Source: the human T2T-CHM13v2.0 reference genome, Homo sapiens
NCBI RefSeq assembly: GCF_009914755.1
Contig: NC_060943.1
DNA: 64,000 nucleotides
Direction: 5' to 3' (one strand)
Below the pieces are notes generated by a model. The model saw nothing but the letters and a program-made list of their open reading frames with translations, ran no database searches and had not been told where the DNA came from. Below are positions 1-27,392 of this stretch, piece by piece. The translations under genes and the position numbers were made by a program. Each line of letters opens with the position of its first letter. Positions within the stretch are counted from its first letter, which is position 1.

Positions 1-219
1 GCTCCGCCTCCCGGGTTCATGCCGTTCTCCTGCCTCAGCCTCCTGAGTAGCTGGGACTACAGGCGCCCGCCACCATGCCTGGCTAATTTTTTTGTATTTT
101 TAATAGAGACGGGGTTTCAACATATTAGCCAGGATGGTCTCAATCTCCTGACTTCGTGATCCACCCGCCTCGGCCTCCCAAAGTGCTGGGATTACAGGCG
201 TGAGCCACCGCGCCTGGCA
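1..219 (-). mobile_element. Alu (AluY-like), cut by window edge
   Basis: Antisense Alu consensus (...ccaaagtgctgggattacaggcgtgagccaccgcgcctggc). Confidence 0.9.
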
Positions 220-225
220 TGGATA

Positions 226-2150
<1,925 letters not shown>

Positions 2151-2157
2151 TTCACAT

Positions 2158-2175
2158 AGCCACGAGGGGGCGCTG
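2158..2175 (+). promoter_or_regulatory. Candidate CTCF site in a non-repetitive CpG-rich islet
   Basis: agCCACGAGGGGGCGCtg closely matches the CTCF core CCAC/GNAGG/TGGCGC; 2150-2370 keeps many CpGs. Confidence 0.65.
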
Positions 2176-2350
2176 AGGCCTCACGTCCACACGTAGAGGG
2201 CTGCGGTGCTTGGAGACAACGTGGCCACCTGGGAGTACGGTTCTTGGGCAAGCGCCTACTGTGCGCCCGGCGCCGTTCTACACAGGAACACAGCGCTTTT
2301 CAAGGTAGGCGAGGAGCTAATATTCTGAAGATGGTGGTGGGGGGCGGTGA

Positions 2351-8515
<6,165 letters not shown>

Positions 8516-9406
8516 GCCACTACCCACTTCTGATGGCCCAGCTGCTCCCTTGGGACCCTCCAGGCCTCTCCATGCCCCAGCATGAAAGGATTAACCTGGG
8601 TTCAATAGGGGGCTTCCCTGATCCAGCTCTGGGGGCCATTGTCCTTCCTGACTGGTGGATGGCCCTGGCAATATTTGGTGTTTTCCCTGGCTCTGCCCCA
8701 ATATCAATCCCTCCACCCATAAGTTCAGAGTCCTCAGAGAAGGGTATCCATTTCACAGAACTCCTATGCATCCTTCAAAGCCCACCTTAATGCCACTTCC
8801 TTCAGGAGGCCCTCCCAGATTTCTTCACCACCCCCAGAGTGAATAGCTCCCTCCCCTCTGCCAAGCTCCCAGGTATCTTGAGCCATTCAGCACACTTTGT
8901 TCTGATTCTCACACTCAGGCCCTTCTCCCCCCATAGTGTGTGAGCACCTTGATGCCAGAGACCATCTTCCTCTCATCTTTGCAGCCTCAGTACCAAGGGC
9001 CATTATAAGCACAGCGCAGATTTCATGGAGTGGCTGAATGATTTGTTTGCTGTGTGATCACCTGTACTGAGTCAATATCGGTCACCTTTGGTCATGAGCA
9101 TGCCCCTTGACCCAGATTCCTGCAGGAGCCTGCATATAGGGGCCCTGCTTGCTGGGACTGGGGATGGGGGTGGGGTGGGGAGTTCAAGGGAAGGCAAGGT
9201 CTAGGATATAAATCCCAAGGGCGTGGGCTCAGCAGGGCCCGTTCTCATGCTTTCTGGCCCGGGAGGAGTGATTCTCCATCTGGCAGGCCCAGCTGCAGTG
9301 CTGGGACAGGGACATGAGCAGAGGCCACAGGAGGAGAGAGGGAGGTTGTGGGGGGAGCTCGGGGAAGCCCATGGTAACCCGGGGGGAGGAAAAACAGCCA
9401 CACAGT

Positions 9407-9442
9407 GTTATTGTTACAGAACCATTAAATACAACTTATACA
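9407..9442 (-). terminator. PPP1R14A: Probable PPP1R14A 3'-end signal (variant AATAAC preceded by three TGTA motifs)
   Basis: Minus strand: tgTGTAtaagtTGTAtttaatggttcTGTAacAATAACactgtgtggctgttttt; no canonical minus-strand AATAAA/ATTAAA seen nearby. Confidence 0.5.
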
Positions 9443-9488
9443 CAAGCAAGCTGGGCGGCGTCCGGGGGGCAGGGAGAGTGCAAGAGGG

Positions 9489-9617
9489 TCAGGGGTGAGC
9501 AGTCCGGGCCCGGTCCTGGAGGGGGCTGAGGCTGCCGTCGTGGGAGGGGCTTGGCTGGCGGAGGCCGGGCTGCCTGTGGAGGCCTTGAAGCTTTGCCAGC
9601 AGCTCCTGGATGAAGTC
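9489..9617 (-). CDS. PPP1R14A: PPP1R14A (CPI-17) exon 4 CDS: DFIQELLAKLQGLHRQPGLRQPSPSHDGSLSPLQDRARTAHP*
   Basis: Acceptor ctgtctcag at 9618-9626 (minus); TGA at 9489-9491; 129 nt completes 147 aa. Confidence 0.97.
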   Translation of the reverse strand, partial: DFIQELLAKLQGLHRQPGLRQPSPSHDGSLSPLQDRARTAHP

Positions 9618-9749
9618 CTGAGACAGGGTGGGGGAGCTGAGAACATGGGAACAGTGCGGGGGCACCCTCTGCCCCTGTCCAGCCCAGTCCCTGACCTGGG
9701 CGCCTCCTCCTGTTCTCTGATTGTGGGGTGGGGGGAGTTAGGGGCGGAG

Positions 9750-10000
9750 GCTATAGACATAGAGAGAAAAGTGAGCCGGGAGAAAGACAGAGATGGGGAA
9801 AGGGCGATGGGAGGGATGGAGAGAAAGAGCTAGGAAGAGAGATAGAGATCCAAGGAGACAGATACGGAGTGGGGGAGGGGGAGAAACAGACACAGAAACA
9901 GAGAGACATGTAGAGATAGAGACAGAGAGAGACATAAGGACAGAGAAAGAAACAGAGACATGTGGAGACAGGTCCCCAGAGATAGATCCAGGGCGAACAG
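9750..10000. repeat. GA-rich low-complexity tract in PPP1R14A intron 3
   Basis: Degenerate gaga/gaca repeats. Confidence 0.8.
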
Positions 10001-10476
10001 AAATGCAATGACGTTTGTCCCTAGAGCTAGTTGGAGAAACATGAATAGTTTTCCCTTTTAAAGCAGGGAAGGAAGTGGGAGGGGTTGGGCCGCTCAGCTT
10101 CAGGGCCTGGGAGGATGGAGGGCCCCCAGAGGTGGGGAAGGGAGCCCGGGGTGGCGGAGGCAGTGACAGGGGAGGACAGAGGGAGACTGAGCCCGAAGGC
10201 TGGTGGCCAAAGGACAGGCACAGGAGAGGCAAAAACAGGGCAGATGGGGGAGGACAGAATGGAGCCCCCTCAGCAGATGGGGGAGAGAGGGAGAGAGACA
10301 AGTAGGAGGACAAAAGACACCCCTGGAGACCAGAAAGAGCTGCGGAGGGCAGGTTGGGGCCGGGGGTGGTGGGGCCGGGTGGTGTTCCCCAGAGACCCTT
10401 CTGCCAGCTTCTTCCCCCTCCCCCATCAGAGTACTTGGGGCCAGAACAGGGAGAGAATGAGGGAGAGAAAACTCAC

Positions 10477-10509
10477 CTCGACAGGTTTCCCACATGACTT
10501 CAGGAGTCC
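10477..10509 (-). CDS. PPP1R14A: PPP1R14A exon 3 (33 nt): GLLKSCGKPVE
   Basis: ggttttag acceptor, gtgagt donor, phase 0-0, matches the CPI-17 sequence. Confidence 0.95.
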
Positions 10510-10779
10510 CTAAAACCCCCAACCAAGAACAAAACAAAACAGTAAATGACTAACACCTACTCCCCTCCAGCCCCTTCCCTTTCCCAAAAGGCCCCAGCAG
10601 CAAGACAAATGGAAGTCAGACTCCAGGGTGGACTGCCCACCAAGCTTCAAGAGAGGAACAGAGCCCAAGGGGCATGTGGATCGACTCAGGGCAGGGGTGA
10701 GTTACTAGATCCAGAGAGGGCGAGAGGGTCACACAGCACTTCCCTCCTCTAAAAAGGTATAAGCCATAAGCAAAGACAT

Positions 10780-11010
10780 GGCTGCCAAACTGCCTGGGTT
10801 CGATGCCCAGCTCTGCTCCTTCTGAGCTGTGTGACACTGGGCAAGGGATTCAACCTCTCTGGGCCTCATTTTCCTCATGGGGAAAATGGAGCTCACACTA
10901 GCGCCTGCTTCGGAGGGTTTTGTGAGGGTTAAGTGAGTGAATACATGTAAAGCCATCACACCAGTGCCCGGCATCTAGTGAGCACTCAGTAAACACGTGA
11001 ACTATTGCTA
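10780..11010 (+). mobile_element. MIR remnant in PPP1R14A intron 2
   Basis: ctgcctgggttcgatgcccagctctgc...ctgtgtgacactgggcaag...ctctgggcctcattttcctcat. Confidence 0.75.
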
Positions 11011-11064
11011 TTATTTTTAGGGAGGTGCAAAGTGGGAGGCTGGGGGACACGTCCCCCCACCTAC

Positions 11065-11145
11065 CTGGATTTTCCGGCTTCTCTCCTCTTCACTCTCTAA
11101 CTCCAACAATTCATCAATGTTGATCTCATCGGGCATGTCTGCCTC
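11065..11145 (-). CDS. PPP1R14A: PPP1R14A exon 2 (81 nt): EADMPDEINIDELLELESEEERSRKIQ
   Basis: ccctag acceptor, gtaggt donor, phase 0-0. Confidence 0.97.
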
Positions 11146-12356
11146 CTAGGGCCAGGGAGGGAGGGGTGCTTAGGATCCCCTTCCCTCCCTCCCTCGCCTT
11201 TGTCCAGGGCTCTGCAGGAGCCCCACCGGCCCCAGGGCCCAGCTGGCGGGTTCTGGAGCATTAATGTGGCAGTCCGGGACAGCACTGCCAAGACGGGACA
11301 TCTGGGTGTTGGGGGGGAGGGGTGACAGATGGGCTGAGAGAGCCCCGGGGCCCTGTACCAGCCCGATGCCTGGGCCCATGGGCCCCGGGAGCCTCGGGGC
11401 TGGCACGGGTCTCTCGCCTTGGCTCTAGTTCCCACAGAGGAAAACAGGCCTAGTGGAGTCCTGGAATGTCAGATTCTGGGATTCGGGAGAGGAGCTGGCT
11501 TCTGCCCTTTCAAGGAAAAGTCTTAGCACTAGGTGCAGGGGAGGAGAGGCTGGCAGCCAGCAGCCAGCTGGGGCGGCCCCTTCCCCCAGGGGACAGGAAG
11601 GGAGGGGACAGGAAGGGAGGGGACGGCTTGGGCCAGCCCCCAGAGGGCCAAAATGCAGCCTGGTGAGACCGAAGGGAGGACCACCGAGGCCCCTCAAGGT
11701 GGGTGGGTGGGATGAGTCATGGCTCAACTCAGCTGCTAAGAGCGGGGCGCTGAGTGTGGCCTCTACAGGCAGTGGCCCAAGCGCAGGCTGGCTCAGTACC
11801 CCTGCTGGGAATAGGACCCAGCTGTCCCCAGCTGTCGAGGGAGCAAGAGAGCCTTGGGGTTATGAATCCTTTCCTCCCCAACCCAAAGTCCGGCTGTCGG
11901 CTTCAGGCCTGGGGCTTCAGGGCTGGATGGTCCTGGTTCATGTGTGGTGAAGGGGCTTCAGCAAGGACACAGGTGTGTGAGTCTCTGCCAGGGCCACAGC
12001 CTGATGCCAAGGGCCTGGGGCTGGCCGAGGATGCAGAGGGACCTGGCATCGTGCAGTGGCTTCGTATAGTGGACTGTGGTCCTGCAGGTGTGAGGTGTGT
12101 GGCTCTGGCTTGGGTGTGTGACACATCAGCATGTGTCCACAGTCAGCTGTGGGGCCCACCACCTGAGAATGGCCTCATAGATGCCACCTGCCACTAGCAA
12201 CCAGATTGGTTCACCTGTATGGGCCCAGGTGTGAGTCTGAGAACAGAGGGACTGCATGTCACCATGGGAGAAGGGCCATGCCTTCCACCATTGTCGCACC
12301 ATGAAGAGGAGGACTCGTGGGTCCTGTGTACACTGTAGCATACAGAAGTCACAGAA

Positions 12357-13590
<1,234 letters not shown>

Positions 13591-14149
13591 TCTGTTGTTT
13601 TATGTCTTTGAGTGGCTGCGGATCAGCGCTTGTGCTTGAAGGTGGTCAGTTTTTTCTTTAGGAGATAAGGAAGGGCCGTAACTTGAGTCATTTTGTGTTC
13701 CAGTGGGGTTGTGCTGTGTCTGCCTACGGCTGTGGCCCATGCCGCTGTGTCTGCGGGTGGCTGTGACTGTAGCATATGTTGAACTGTAGGTGACCCCCCC
13801 CCAGCCCCCGCTTGTGTCCTTGTGGGTTTGTGCATGGCTGTTACTTCTGGGCTGTGTCCGTGAGTGGCTATAGCTTCCTTCACTGTGCACATCTGTGTCT
13901 GCTTTTGCTTCCTTTGCCGTGGGTCTCTGTGTGGCTGTATCTCCCCTGTCACCATGTCTGTGTTTGGCTTTATGACACCCCCCTTCCCCCACTCTTTCTC
14001 CAGACGTGGCGGTTTCAGCTCAACTTAGCCTCCTCCCTCCTCATGCTAAACCCCTGGCCCTCCACAGGCGTTTGGACACATCTCTGGAGACCCAAGTCTT
14101 TGTGTGTTGCTCTCGGTGTGTCCACAAGCACAATGCCATAGAGCACGGA

Positions 14150-15294
<1,145 letters not shown>

Positions 15295-15661
15295 TAAGTA
15301 TCCACTCTATACCAGACACTGCTTTACGCTCCAGGGATAGAGCAGGGAACAAAACAGACAAAACCAGTCCCACGCAGTTGACAGTTGTAGCCGGGATACA
15401 TGAGAAACACAGTAAGTACGGTATTATACAGTTTATTATCATATAAGTGCTTTGGAGAAATATAAAGCAGAGAAGGAGAAATGGAGTGAGGGTAAGGTTG
15501 CAATTTTAGCGAGGGTGGCCAGGGAAGTCCCTTACTTCAAAACAGTCTTCTCACTTCTAATTATAAGCAGCAATAATTATACTCTAAAATTTAAATGTGG
15601 CTGGGCGCAGTGGCTCACTCCTGTAATCCCAGAACTTTGGGAGGCCAAGGAGGGTGGATCA

Positions 15662-15941
<280 letters not shown>

Positions 15942-15988
15942 TCATGCCTGTAATCCCAGCACTTTGAGAGGCCGAGGTGGGCAGATCA

Positions 15989-16326
<338 letters not shown>

Positions 16327-16580
16327 TTATAGGCATGAGCCACCTCACTCCACCAGCCAGCCATAATGTAAAACTTTTGAGTTTCAAAGAACATCATCAA
16401 GAAAGTGAAGAGACAACCCATGGAATGGGAGGAAAAAAATTGCAGTCATGAAACTCATAAGGTGCTGGGACGAGCCACCACACCTGGCCAAACTATACAC
16501 TTTAAAAAGGTGAGTTGGGCCAGGCACAGTGACTCACGCCTGTAATCCCAGCACTTTGGGAGGGCAAGGCGGATGGATCA

Positions 16581-17115
<535 letters not shown>

Positions 17116-17272
17116 TAGGCCTCCCAAAGTGCTGGGATTACAGGCGTGAGCCACCGTGCCCGGCTTCAATAAAGCTGTTTTATTTCAAAATTAAAAACAG
17201 GCCAGGCGCCATGGTTCACGTCTGTAATCCCAGCACTTTGGGAGGCTGAGGTGAGTGGATTATCTGAGGTCA

Positions 17273-17516
<244 letters not shown>

Positions 17517-17783
17517 CTACCCATGACCTTCAGTCTAAAGGCCAAACTCTGGTTTAGCAGTCCCATCTCTGCCAGGGACAGTCCCATTTCAGCACCAGCA
17601 CCTTTCACTCGCAGTTCCCTCTGCCAGGAAGGTTCTTCCCTAGAATATCATCAGGGCTCACTCCTTCACCTCCCTCCAATGTCACTGTTCAGTGAGGTCT
17701 TCCCTGGCCACGCTATTTCACACTGCAACTCTCGTGCCCCTCATCCAGCTCTGTTTGATACATAACACTTACCACTTTCTAAC

Positions 17784-17785
<2 letters not shown>

Positions 17786-17847
<62 letters not shown>
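17786..17847. repeat. (TA)n microsatellite joined to an Alu poly-T tail
   Basis: tatatata... then T run; tctaacattatatata recurs at 17778 and 18121 as the Alu target-site duplication. Confidence 0.9.
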
Positions 17848-17848
<1 letters not shown>

Positions 17849-17947
17849 AGTTGGAGTCACCTCAGGCTGGAGTATAGTATTGTGATCATGGCTCACTGCA
17901 ACCTCTGCCTCCTGGGTTCAAGAGATTCTCCTGCTTCAGCCTCCTGA

Positions 17948-18529
<582 letters not shown>

Positions 18530-18603
18530 CTAAAGGCAGGGGGACAGGACTGGTCCACTTTGGGTACAGGCAAAAAGAGGGTGCACTGTCTGTAGAGAAT
18601 TTA

Positions 18604-18905
<302 letters not shown>

Positions 18906-19057
18906 TCAAAAAAACTGACCAAAAGTTGGTCTAATTTTTATTTTACTTTGCAGTGACATTTCTAAACAGTGTCAATGATAAAATAGTCCTCCCCAGGGAA
19001 GAAACAGAAACAAAAACCTTTTGGTGGTCTGCTTTCTAAACAATTGATGCAATATAA

Positions 19058-19808
<751 letters not shown>

Positions 19809-19886
19809 TAGAGACGGGGTTTCACCGTGTTAGCCCAGATGGTCTCCATCTGCTGACCTCGTGATCCGCCCACCTCAGCCTTCTAA

Positions 19887-20165
<279 letters not shown>

Positions 20166-20260
20166 TGATCCGCCCACCTCGGCCTCCCAAAGTGCTGGGG
20201 ATTACAGGCGTGAGCCACCTCTTTTTAATGAACTCTGAAGGATGATAAAGGCCAAGGGAC

Positions 20261-20586
<326 letters not shown>

Positions 20587-20741
20587 TGACCTCGTGATCC
20601 ACCCGCCTTGGCCTCCCAAAGTGCTGGGATTACAGGCATGAGCCACTGCGCTCAGCCCTCCTTTTGAGTTTTTGTGTTTAAAGTTCAAAACTGGACAGAT
20701 GCAGTGGCTCACGCCTGTAATCCCAGCACTTTGGGAGGTCA

Positions 20742-20972
<231 letters not shown>

Positions 20973-22369
20973 TCAAAATAAAATAAAATAAAGAAAGAAG
21001 AGGCCTATACCTTCTTCCAAGCCTTGACGGCTCAGCACATACTTCTCTGTTTTCATGCTCAAGCCTAGGTTTAGTAGGCCTGAGTGGCAGTGGGAGATTC
21101 AAGTGCTGGGGGAGACCTTTGGCCTCACATTCAGATTCCACCTTGAGTCCCATGATCTCATTGCAAGGTTAGACTTCCATTGTTTAAGGTAAATACCATT
21201 TTGATAACTCAGTTACGGCTTTTCATGTATTATTATGCTAGGAGGGAGGCTGAAGAGTGGGAGTGGCCCTGGCTCCTGAACACACTATTCTCTTTCCTGC
21301 CTGAAGGCCTCCGCATGTGCCATTCCTGATTCTTGGAATGTTTGTCCCTTGGCCTTTATCATCCTTCAGAGTTCATTATCAAAGCCACCCCTCACAAAGC
21401 CCTTCCTCCGCCACCCCATTCAAAAGATCTCTTGTTATTTTCCATCCCAGCCCCTGATTCCTTTTCTGTATAGCACTGTCAAAGTGTTTTCAGGCCAGGT
21501 GTGGTGGTTCACGCCTGTAATACAACACTTTTGGAAGGATGAGACAGGAGGATCCCTTGAAGCCAGGAGTTTGAGACCAGCCTGGGCAACATAGCAAGTC
21601 CCCTGTCTCCACAAAAAATTTAAAAATTAGCTGGATGTGGTGGCTCACATCTGTAGTCCCAGCTACTTGGGAGGCTGAGGTGGGAGGATCCCTTGAGCCC
21701 AGGAGGTCAAGGCTGCAGTGAGCCAAGATCACTCCATTGCACTCCAGCCTGGGCAACAAGAGCAAAACTTCCATCTCAAAAAAAAAAAAAAAAAGAAATA
21801 ATCTAAAAGTGTTTTCAATAATAATGCATTTATGTTGATTACCTTGTTGGCTATCCTCTACTCGTGTGCCTGCCCCACTCCATTCCCCTTTCTAGAGTCT
21901 GTTCACGTAACTCCTCTTCCAGGAAGCCCTCTTTGACTCCCAGGCTTGGTCAGGTGTCTTCTCTGGGTTTCCCCAGGGGCTTCCTTCCTCTCAATTCTGA
22001 TGCTGCCTGTGCTAAGTATTTGTCTCCATATCTGTCCTGAGAACCTTGGAGCCAGGGCTCGGGGCTGTTTTTGCATGGGCCTATCACCTCCTCCAGGAAG
22101 CCCTCCTTGGCCCTCTCTCAGGCTGGATGGGAAAGCTGTCTGGGCTCCCATCATGCCCTGGTTTTCTAGCGACCCAGCCTCTGATCCCTAAGCTTGGCCT
22201 TCCCCATCACAGCTTTCATCACTTTGTGCTAAGCTTCCGCTATCACTACTCTGGGCCGTTCCTGTTTGGTGACTCAGGGACCAGTCTGGCATGGCCACCG
22301 CTGGGTCCCCAGCATTAAGCCCTGGAGCATGAGCCCAGTGAACTTTGAAATTCAGGAAGGAATTCACAG

Positions 22370-23420
<1,051 letters not shown>

Positions 23421-23944
23421 TGACCAAGAAGGCGTGGCACTGCCCCTTCCTGTGGCAAGAACGGGGTGAGGAGCCGAATTGAAGACCAGCCTTCTCCTGG
23501 CGGTGGAAAGTTCCATGGCCAAAGCTCAGGGAGAGGCCAGGCCTGTGAGATGGTGGGGGTTGGGTTGGGTGACCTGGTGGCCGTTTTAGACTCGGAAGAA
23601 GCCCATCTCACCCCTGCCTCTTTGGAGATTGGACAAGAGCCTCCCCTGAAGTTTTTGTAGTTGAGTTGCAGTAAAGTAGGTGCCCGAGAAGGAGGGAGCA
23701 AGAAAGGAAACAAGCTTTGGGGAAGAGGAAGCTCTGCTAAGGCTCGAGAGAGTATTGGCGTTGAGCAGCTGGTGTTGGGGTCTTTGGATTGGCCCTTAGA
23801 AGTCGGTGGTGAATAAGGTGATTTAAACTTCTACACTCTTAAGGAAGTGTGGTCTGAAAGGTCTCTTTGAACAAGTGTTGTTATAACCTTAACTGCTTCA
23901 GACAAGCACCAGCGTGTTTTGAAAAGAGCTCTCTTGAAAGCAAG

Positions 23945-24867
<923 letters not shown>

Positions 24868-25094
24868 CTAGGTGTGTACCAAGTCATCACCTGTGGTAAC
24901 TTCTGGGGACTGGTTAATTTCTCTGTGCCCTAGGCAGGAGAAAAAAGTGAATTGGTGGGGAGAGGCTCAGCTGTAGGTGACTGGGAGTCAGGAATGCAGA
25001 CGTTGATCATTCTTGCAATTCGAACCAGAATTTGGCAGCTCTGCTGGACTTTTTCAGTTTAAGTAATTACGTTAGGATGTACCTCCCAGTTACC

Positions 25095-25174
25095 TGGCCT
25101 CTTGCTACCTCTGGTGCTTACTCTGAGCTGGGACATGGCCTCTTGCTACCTCTGGTGCTTACTCTGAGCTGGGA
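25095..25174. repeat. Tandem duplication, 41-bp period (39 bp identical)
   Basis: tggcctcttgctacctctggtgcttactctgagctggga at 25095-25133 and 25136-25174. Confidence 0.95.
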
Positions 25175-26908
25175 TGTGCCATTTAACCTTTGAAACAGCC
25201 GGGTGCGGTGGTGAAGTTACTTGCCTTGCCCGAGGTCACTCGGTAGTAGTAATTGACAAAGCCAGGTCTCACTGCAGAGGCCTTCTCTGTTCAGAGTGGC
25301 CTACCTGACTGCTGCTGCCGACTGGACCTACTGACCTTTCAGAAGTACTAGTGTCTGACTGGGTGAACTCATGCCCTCACTCATCGTAAGTTCTGTTTGT
25401 TTGAAAGCTTGAACAGCTTAATCGGAGGCAGAAGGCAGTTTTGACTTTTTTTTCCTCGCTCCTTCCTGATTGCTTCTGTTTTCTCCGGAAGCGAGTCATC
25501 CACTGGGAGTGTGGTGTTGCTGAAGCTCCATGCAGTGGCTCAGGTGCTGCTGGATGAGTGTGGTGGTGAGGGAGGAGTGAACAGAGAATGTGTGAGGGAG
25601 GGAGGATGGGGGTTGGTCAAGGAATTTATTCTGTATGAAAACATGAGGGGGCGGAGGGCCGAGGTAGATGGTAGGGCCAGCAGATTGTTGGAGTTGAGGT
25701 TCTGAAGGGAATGAACCAGACAGATAGGATGCAGTGGGTAGTGAGTGAGATGCATGAGAGGGAGGTTCTGAAGAGGTGGCAGTTACTGAGACAGGTCTAG
25801 GTGTGACCCTGAGAGGAAGCGGGGGGGCGAGGGTGGGAGGAGATCAGGTGGAGGTCTTGGGACCTAGAGGTCAGAGGACCATCTACCTGGATATAGAAAT
25901 CTCCAAGAATGATCATAAGAGCAGCGGGAGAGGTGGCAGGCCCGGAGCTAAAGTTGGGAAGGAAGAAGTAGTTGTCTGGGTTGGCAGATAACGTGCCAGG
26001 CGGGGTAGTGAATGATTTACTCTAATAATGGAAGTCTCCCAGCTGGGGATTTTGGGGAGGGTGGAGGGAGAACAGTCCAGAAGCAGCTCCCAGGAGCAAG
26101 GAGACCTCCCCACTTGGAAGGGCCCCAGGAGGTGTGCCCTCAGGGGAGATTCCAATTAGGTAAGAGGGTGGCAACAATGTTCAGAGGAGATTGAGGACAT
26201 GGAAGATTTGCTCAAGACCAGTCCTGAGTACCAGAGGGCCCAGGAGTTGGGGGAGGGGAGATGGGGACAAAGCAGGCCCCACCGTGTGAGAGTGAGGGTT
26301 AACTCAGGGGTCGGGGCTTCTTGTGAGAAGCATCATGTGGTCTATGATTGATGTGTTGGTGACGCTCTGAGTAGTGAGGGCAGGTGGGAAGGGACAGGTG
26401 GACGGGCCGGACAAAGAGTGTCCTGACTCCAACCTCTGCAGACAGAGGTGGGGGGAAAGCTGAGCTTATGCCAGGTGAGAAAGCTCCCCTATCTAGCGTT
26501 AGGGACAGTTACCGTCTGGAGTGGAAAGCACGCAGAGATTATAAACTGTCCACTCCCAGGAAGCTTCACACAGCCTTTATGTGACTTGTACTTTTTCCAG
26601 AATTGGGATTTTTTAAACGTAAAAATGTAGTTTTTGGCTTTGCCTGAAAGACATGAAGATGTAATGGAACCAAACCAGAACACAGGCCTGTTTTCCTGCC
26701 CAGCAGTCCCTGGCAGGAGCCGAGTACCTCTTTCAGGCAGGAGATATGCCATTCCCTAGCCTGTAGATCTTACTCAGCTTGCCTCATCTCAGCTACTGCT
26801 TGCCCTCTGTCTCTGTAGGCCTTTGGCTTGTGACCCCTACCTTAAACATATGCTCCATTTAGTAAATGGTAACACGTAACAGTTCTTTATAAATTGCACA
26901 TTACAGTG

Positions 26909-26961
26909 TGAGACAGAGAGAGAGCATGCGCGCGCGCGTGTGTGTGTGTGTGTGTGTGTGT
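26909..26961. repeat. Compound microsatellite (GA)n-(CG)5-(TG)n
   Basis: gagacagagagagagcatgcgcgcgcgcgtgtgtgtg... Confidence 0.95.
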
Positions 26962-27221
26962 TACGGCTGGCTGTTGGGGAAATCCTTATATCAGGTAGCT
27001 GCAGATATGCAGGATTTTTTTCTTTTCCTTTTCCCCACCCAGGTGGTAAATCCTGGTATTTGGAGGGTCCTGAAATGTGTAATGTTGCTCAACACCAGGC
27101 CAGATCATATATTTCCTCAGCAGAATAGAAACTTGAAAGGTCCTTTAGGAGTGGCCAGTTAGGTGTAGTTCTTGCTGCCAATAACTTTGTGCCTGGCCCT
27201 GGGCATCAGAACTTGTGTTAA

Positions 27222-27392
<171 letters not shown>

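Noticed and set aside
17575-17603. REST-like half sites (GGACAG, TTCAGCACC)
   Set aside because: Half sites are in non-canonical order and within a probable L2 remnant.
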